Translations under genes and position numbers: made by a program | The notes under the pieces: model-generated | Database searches by the model: none | Seen by the model: the letters and a program-made list of their open reading frames with translations, nothing else | What the model was told of the DNA's origin: nothing | Origin: Phycisphaerales bacterium | GTDB lineage: Bacteria > Planctomycetota > Phycisphaerae > WQYP01 | Direction: 5' to 3' | Length of the DNA stretch: 64,000 nt | Assembly: GCA_027451365.1 (NCBI GenBank) | Contig: DAIDJN010000063.1 | Location: 32,001 to 96,000 of the forward strand | Shown: piece after piece, positions 59,624 to 64,000 of the stretch | How positions within the stretch are numbered: the stretch's first letter is position 1 | How the letters are laid out: each line of letters begins with the position of its first letter

Positions 59624-60502
59624 TCAGACAAGAGTTTTTCCAGTCAGCCGTTCCAGCACCCGCAAGGTTGATTTTTCCGGTGAACGCATCGCCTGCACCG
59701 GCAACAGATACGTTTGTTCCAGCAGATACTGTCCGGCATCTACCGCGTGCAGCACTTCATCGGTAAAACAGAGCCAGGTTCCCTGCGCTGGAAAACTGAA
59801 CGGGAACTGTGGGCAGGTTTTCTGATACTGCTCGTCCATTTTTGCCATATCGTGCAGGTGAAGCATGTAATGGTCGAACAGAGTGCGGCGGCTGCGGGTG
59901 ACGCGCAGCAGATGCAGCAGAGGAAGTGAACCGGGAAACGGCTGGGGCACCTTGTCCACAAATTTTTTAGCGAAAGCTTCAAATGGTTCGCCGACACGCC
60001 AGTCGCGTCCTTTGCCATTCGGGTTAACGTTGCAGAACACGCGTATAATTCGCTGCCCCCCCACCGGTCGGGCGGGAAACTGATCTGGATGCAGGCGGGT
60101 ATCATCTTTGGTTATTTTGCTGACGCGTCCTTTAATTTCCACCGGCCGGTAGCTGGTACGGCGCCGTTTGATGAGGTTTTGGTATGTTGGAAACAGGTTG
60201 TTCATTAACGACCTGGTGGCATCCGAATAGCGTTGCAGCATTGCCGCAAGGTCGCGTTTGTCCGCTCCTTCGCCTTCCATGCCCTGTATTTTTCCGCTGG
60301 CGGAATCGTAGCTTATATTTTTGGCGCCGCCGTCGCTCCAGTTGGGGGTCAGGAACCGCTTTTCCGCATCGGTAAATGGAAACGTCAGTTGTGGCAGAAA
60401 AACCACCCGCCCGGCTTCCAGAGCGTCCGTGGCCTGCTGCTGCTGCGTCGGGGAAAACGGGCCATTAAAGTTCGTCGCGCTTACTTCAAATATCTGATCC
60501 AT
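59624..60502 (-). CDS. Kdo hydroxylase (KdoO family)
   Basis: ALEAGRVVFLP, KNISY, TSYRP, DDTRLHPDQFPARP, RIIRVFCNVNP, YMLHLHD, TDEVLHAVDAGQYLLEQT. Confidence 0.8.
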   Translation of the reverse strand: MDQIFEVSATNFNGPFSPTQQQQATDALEAGRVVFLPQLTFPFTDAEKRFLTPNWSDGGAKNISYDSASGKIQGMEGEGADKRDLAAMLQRYSDATRSLMNNLFPTYQNLIKRRRTSYRPVEIKGRVSKITKDDTRLHPDQFPARPVGGQRIIRVFCNVNPNGKGRDWRVGEPFEAFAKKFVDKVPQPFPGSLPLLHLLRVTRSRRTLFDHYMLHLHDMAKMDEQYQKTCPQFPFSFPAQGTWLCFTDEVLHAVDAGQYLLEQTYLLPVQAMRSPEKSTLRVLERLTGKTLV

Positions 60503-60643
60503 CACACTGCTGCTCCAAAAAGAGTGCCTTCTGTCCGGTATTGTAGTGGCAGTTGGAAAAAAATGAATCAATGCGGTTGGCATGGCGTAAAAGCCGCCAG
60601 TAAGGGTCCGCAATCGGTCATTTTGGCATGCGGCGATCGTAAA

Positions 60644-60672
60644 TTGACGTAACGGACATCAACCTGTAGTCT
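60644..60672 (+). promoter_or_regulatory. Probable tRNA promoter
   Basis: TTGACG, 17-nt spacer, TAGTCT. Confidence 0.45.
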
Positions 60673-60701
60673 AGATAATCCGGCCAATGGCCTTGGCTAT
60701 T

Positions 60702-60788
60702 GGAGAGATGTCCGAGTGGCTTAAGGAGCACGATTGGAAGTCGTGTGTGGGGGAAACCTCACCGTGGGTTCGAATCCCACTCTCTCCG
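60702..60788 (+). tRNA. tRNA-Ser(GGA); CCA not encoded
   Basis: Acceptor stem GGAGAGA/TCTCTCC, anticodon arm CACGA-TTGGAAG-TCGTG, long variable arm, GGTTCGAATCC. Confidence 0.96.
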
Positions 60789-60920
60789 TTTTTCCCGGGG
60801 TGGGAGACGGGTAAGGGGGCGTGGCGGGCACCCATGCATCATTCGCGCCAATCTGCCGCACCCTACCATCCACGACAAATCGGGTTATAGTATTGATAAA
60901 TCTGTTTCGGGAAATGACCT

Positions 60921-62210
60921 GTGGCTGATCCAACCATTATCTGTCCGAAATGTGGCACCGAGATAAAACTCACCGAATCACTGGCTGCGCCGTTGGTTGC
61001 AGCGACACGCAGGGAGTTGGAAGAAAAGATTGCCCGCAACAATTCAGAAGTTGCCCGGCGCGAGGCCGCCATCAAGGAAAAAGAGGCGGCGCTTACGGCA
61101 TCCCAAGCCACGATTGACCAGCAGGTGGCGGCCAAGCTGGAACTTCAGCGGGCCACCATTGCCGCCGAAGAGGCGAAAAAGGCCAAACTATTACTATCCA
61201 ATGAACTCAAGCAAAAGGCTGACGAAATCACCAATCTTCAGGCGGTGATGCAGGACCGCGATGCCAAGCTGGCGGAAGCCCAAAAAGCCCAGGCGGAATT
61301 GATCCGCAAGCAACGTGAGCTTGATGATGCCAAGCGAGAGATGGAATTAAATATTGAAAAGCAGGTGCAGGCGGGCTTGGGGCAAGCCCGTGATAAAGCC
61401 CGCAAAGACGCGGAGGACAGCCTGAAACTGCTGGTCATGGAGAAGGACCAGAAAATAAACTCCATGCAGCAAAAGATCGAAGAACTCAAACAAAAAGCTG
61501 AACAAGGTTCCCAGCAATTGCAGGGTGAGGTGCAGGAACTGGAATTGGAAAGCACACTCCGCGCCAAATTCCCCCGCGATACCATTGAACCGGTGCCCAA
61601 AGGCGAGTTTGGCGGCGACGTATTACAACGTGTTTTCAATTCCGGTGGCCAAGCCTGCGGAACAATTCTGTGGGAAGCCAAACGCACCAAAAATTGGACA
61701 GACAGTTGGCTGACCAAATTGCGTGATGACCAGCGGACGGCCAAGGCTGAGATATCCATAATCGTTTCCAAAGTATTGCCCAAAGATGTGGAAACCTTTG
61801 ATTTGATTGATGGCGTATGGGTCACATCAACGGCTTGCGCGTTGCCGGTGGCCATGGCCTTGCGGCAAACGCTGATGGAACTTGCTGCCGCCCGGCAGAC
61901 CGGCGAAGGCCAGCAAACCAAGATGGGCATGGTATACGATTATTTGACCGGTCCGCATTTTCGCCAGCGTGTGGGAGCGATTGTGGAAGCATTTACATCC
62001 ATGCAGGACGATCTGAATGCCGAGAAAAAGGCCATAACCAAGCAATGGGCTAAAAGAGAATCGCAAATTGAACGAGTGATGCAGGCAACAGTCGGCATGT
62101 ACGGCGATTTACAAGGCATCGCCGGTAAAAGTCTTAAGGAAATTGAGGGGCTGGATGTAAAGGCGTTAGGTGAAGAGAGTGCGGGAAATACCAAAGATCG
62201 ATCGAATTAG
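60921..62210 (+). CDS. DUF2130 domain coiled-coil protein
   Basis: CPKC, GSQQLQGEVQELELE, VPKGEFGGD, ILWEAKRTKNW, MYGDLQGIAG. Confidence 0.85.
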   Translation: MADPTIICPKCGTEIKLTESLAAPLVAATRRELEEKIARNNSEVARREAAIKEKEAALTASQATIDQQVAAKLELQRATIAAEEAKKAKLLLSNELKQKADEITNLQAVMQDRDAKLAEAQKAQAELIRKQRELDDAKREMELNIEKQVQAGLGQARDKARKDAEDSLKLLVMEKDQKINSMQQKIEELKQKAEQGSQQLQGEVQELELESTLRAKFPRDTIEPVPKGEFGGDVLQRVFNSGGQACGTILWEAKRTKNWTDSWLTKLRDDQRTAKAEISIIVSKVLPKDVETFDLIDGVWVTSTACALPVAMALRQTLMELAAARQTGEGQQTKMGMVYDYLTGPHFRQRVGAIVEAFTSMQDDLNAEKKAITKQWAKRESQIERVMQATVGMYGDLQGIAGKSLKEIEGLDVKALGEESAGNTKDRSN

Positions 62211-62956
62211 ATAGGTTCGCTGCAATCACAAACGGGGAATCGTGTTTGCGGTCGGTTTTTTTTTGGGGGGGGCCGATGCCGTCGTACCGCAGGACAAATG
62301 TCGAGGCAGTAGCAGCTTTATGGAGGGCGTTGAAAAGCTAAGAGTGCTTGTTGTCCGTGCCCGCGCGGCGGGGCACAGATTTTCTTAGATTTTTTGACGG
62401 GGGGCGAAAAGCCACCCCAGCGCTTGCCGGGATAAACTCCGATCGCCGAGGTCCTGGCGCGGCTCCGCTGTAATCAAATCACCTTATCCACAGATTTTCA
62501 CAGATTTTTACCGACCCACCATCAGGGAGTGATTACCACGGTAACACGATTTTTTTGGGGGGATTGGGGCACAAATTGACGGGCGAGGAGATGGCGGGGG
62601 TTTTGCTGAACCAATCTAAAAGTGCATCGACGCCAGGGGTGCTCAGGATGCGGTCATGGCCATCCTTTATATCTGTGAAAACCGCGGTCCGGTCCGTTCT
62701 TGGCAAACTCTGCCGATCCATGCGACGATCCTACAACGTGGCTTCCCCCAGATATCGTTGCGGCTTCTCGCCGCGGTTTTCTAAATAAGGCGAAGCACGG
62801 TTCCGCCTTTCCCCCCGACAATTTGTCCATTTTCCCGGATTTTTGAAACCTGCGGGCATTTAGACCGTACTTAATCTGAGGCGGTGCATTGTTTTGGGTA
62901 TAAAGTAGCGCACCTATTGCCAAGTTTTTTTCATACCCGATTTTAGGAGCTTGATC

Positions 62957-64000
62957 ATGCGTAGTGGCGGAATGCGAAAAATTGCCATCAGTCTTTCGGC
63001 GTTGCTTTTGGGCGGCGTGGTGGGCGGGTGTGCTTCGGTAAATGTGCACCCGGTTTCAGTGGCCCAGGTGAATGACCCGGCCGTCAGCGGGGTGCGGTTC
63101 TTTCAACCCGCCCCATACCTGCTGGTAACGGAAATGCCCGCCATGGGGGGTGGCCCGCACGTCCTTATGATGGGTGGCCCGTTCGGCCCCCGGCCCCATG
63201 CGGATAAAGAACATGGCAGACATAAAGAACACGGAGAGCATGGAGAGCATGGCGAACACGCAAAACATGGACATGGCGACGACGACCATGCCGACCACCA
63301 CGGCAAAAAGCATGCTGAAGATGCAGATCATGGCAAAAAAGCCGCAGACCATGATGCCGATGATGATGGCCATAAAGCCCATGCGGACCATGGCGATAAC
63401 CACCGCGGCTGGGGCCACGGCCATATGGCCATGGGACACCCCGGTATGCGACCCGGAATGCGACCCGGAATGCGCCCCGGAATGCGGCCCGGAATGATGC
63501 CACCTGCCCCTCCCGCCGCGCAGCAACATATTTATGCCCTGCAGATCATTTACCTGCCAGATTACAGCCATCCGTATGTGGCGGATATCAAAGGCGGTCT
63601 GGGCCATACGCCGAATTCCCTGGTGCTGGCCAATGGCTGGCAGTTGCTGGGAATTAATAATTCTGGCCCGATCGCGCCAACCCCGCCGATCCGCGCCATT
63701 ACGGCGACTCCCGTCGGCCACAAGCCGCATCCCATGGGACCCATGGGACCAATGGGGCCAATGGGAATGCAGCGCATGGGACCGATGGGCCACATGGGCA
63801 TGGGTGGACCACACGGCTGGATGGGGCGCCGCGGCATGGCACAACACCACATGGGCCATATGGGCGGAATGCACCCGATGATGGGCGGCATGCGGCACCA
63901 TGCAAGGCCCGGCATGAGAATGTTCATGATGCACCGCATGATGATGCCGCGCCACGCCGCCCGCGCAATCGGCCTCAAGCCCGGTCTTTATCAGTTTGTG
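62957..64000 (+). CDS. His- and Met-rich putative lipoprotein; 3' end beyond the window and absent from the ORF track
   Basis: RBS AGGAG at 62945, ATG at 62957, 348 codons with no stop. Signal peptide with a lipobox-like end: MRKIAISLSALLLGGVVGG-C. Confidence 0.85.
   Translation, partial: MRSGGMRKIAISLSALLLGGVVGGCASVNVHPVSVAQVNDPAVSGVRFFQPAPYLLVTEMPAMGGGPHVLMMGGPFGPRPHADKEHGRHKEHGEHGEHGEHAKHGHGDDDHADHHGKKHAEDADHGKKAADHDADDDGHKAHADHGDNHRGWGHGHMAMGHPGMRPGMRPGMRPGMRPGMMPPAPPAAQQHIYALQIIYLPDYSHPYVADIKGGLGHTPNSLVLANGWQLLGINNSGPIAPTPPIRAITATPVGHKPHPMGPMGPMGPMGMQRMGPMGHMGMGGPHGWMGRRGMAQHHMGHMGGMHPMMGGMRHHARPGMRMFMMHRMMMPRHAARAIGLKPGLYQFV

Noticed and set aside
60702..62210. Genomic island integrated at tRNA-Ser
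   Set aside because: No integrase or duplicated tRNA 3' end visible in the window; cannot be excluded beyond the edge.
62484..62492. DnaA box TTATCCACA
   Set aside because: A single copy inside a short repeat; no box cluster or dnaA context to support oriC.
63056..63978. His/Met-rich ORFs in the track (63056..63955 -, 63174..63497 +, 63562..63978 -)
   Set aside because: These are shadows of the low-complexity plus-strand gene starting at 62957, which has an RBS, a signal peptide and a lipobox-like motif.

Overview
A 64-kb chromosomal segment, most likely from a planctomycete (Phycisphaerae-like). This is inferred from a prepilin/H-X9-DG-type gene, a Ser/Thr kinase with an MshEN-like N-terminus, a GT3-like glucan synthase and an ECF sigma cassette. 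It begins with an assimilatory nitrate/nitrite reduction cluster (nirB partial, nirD, a fused nitrate reductase) joined to a translationally coupled Moco operon. Next come gltA, glycosyltransferases, a pilin-like gene behind a ~720-nt densely structured leader, REP/REPIN-like repeats and a Type II-like R-M pair. A NfeD-flotillin-PspA operon, a PEP-CTERM-like surface protein and pstB-GGDEF-pstSCA with Pho-box-like repeats follow. The rest holds housekeeping genes (pyrD, rnhA, galE, mnmE, acpS, queD), a Kdo hydroxylase and tRNA-Ser(GGA), and ends with a His/Met-rich lipoprotein that runs off the right edge and is missing from the ORF track. I saw no CRISPR array, integrase, intact transposase or rRNA. 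All calls come from motifs and base-pairing read by eye; no database search or folding program was run.
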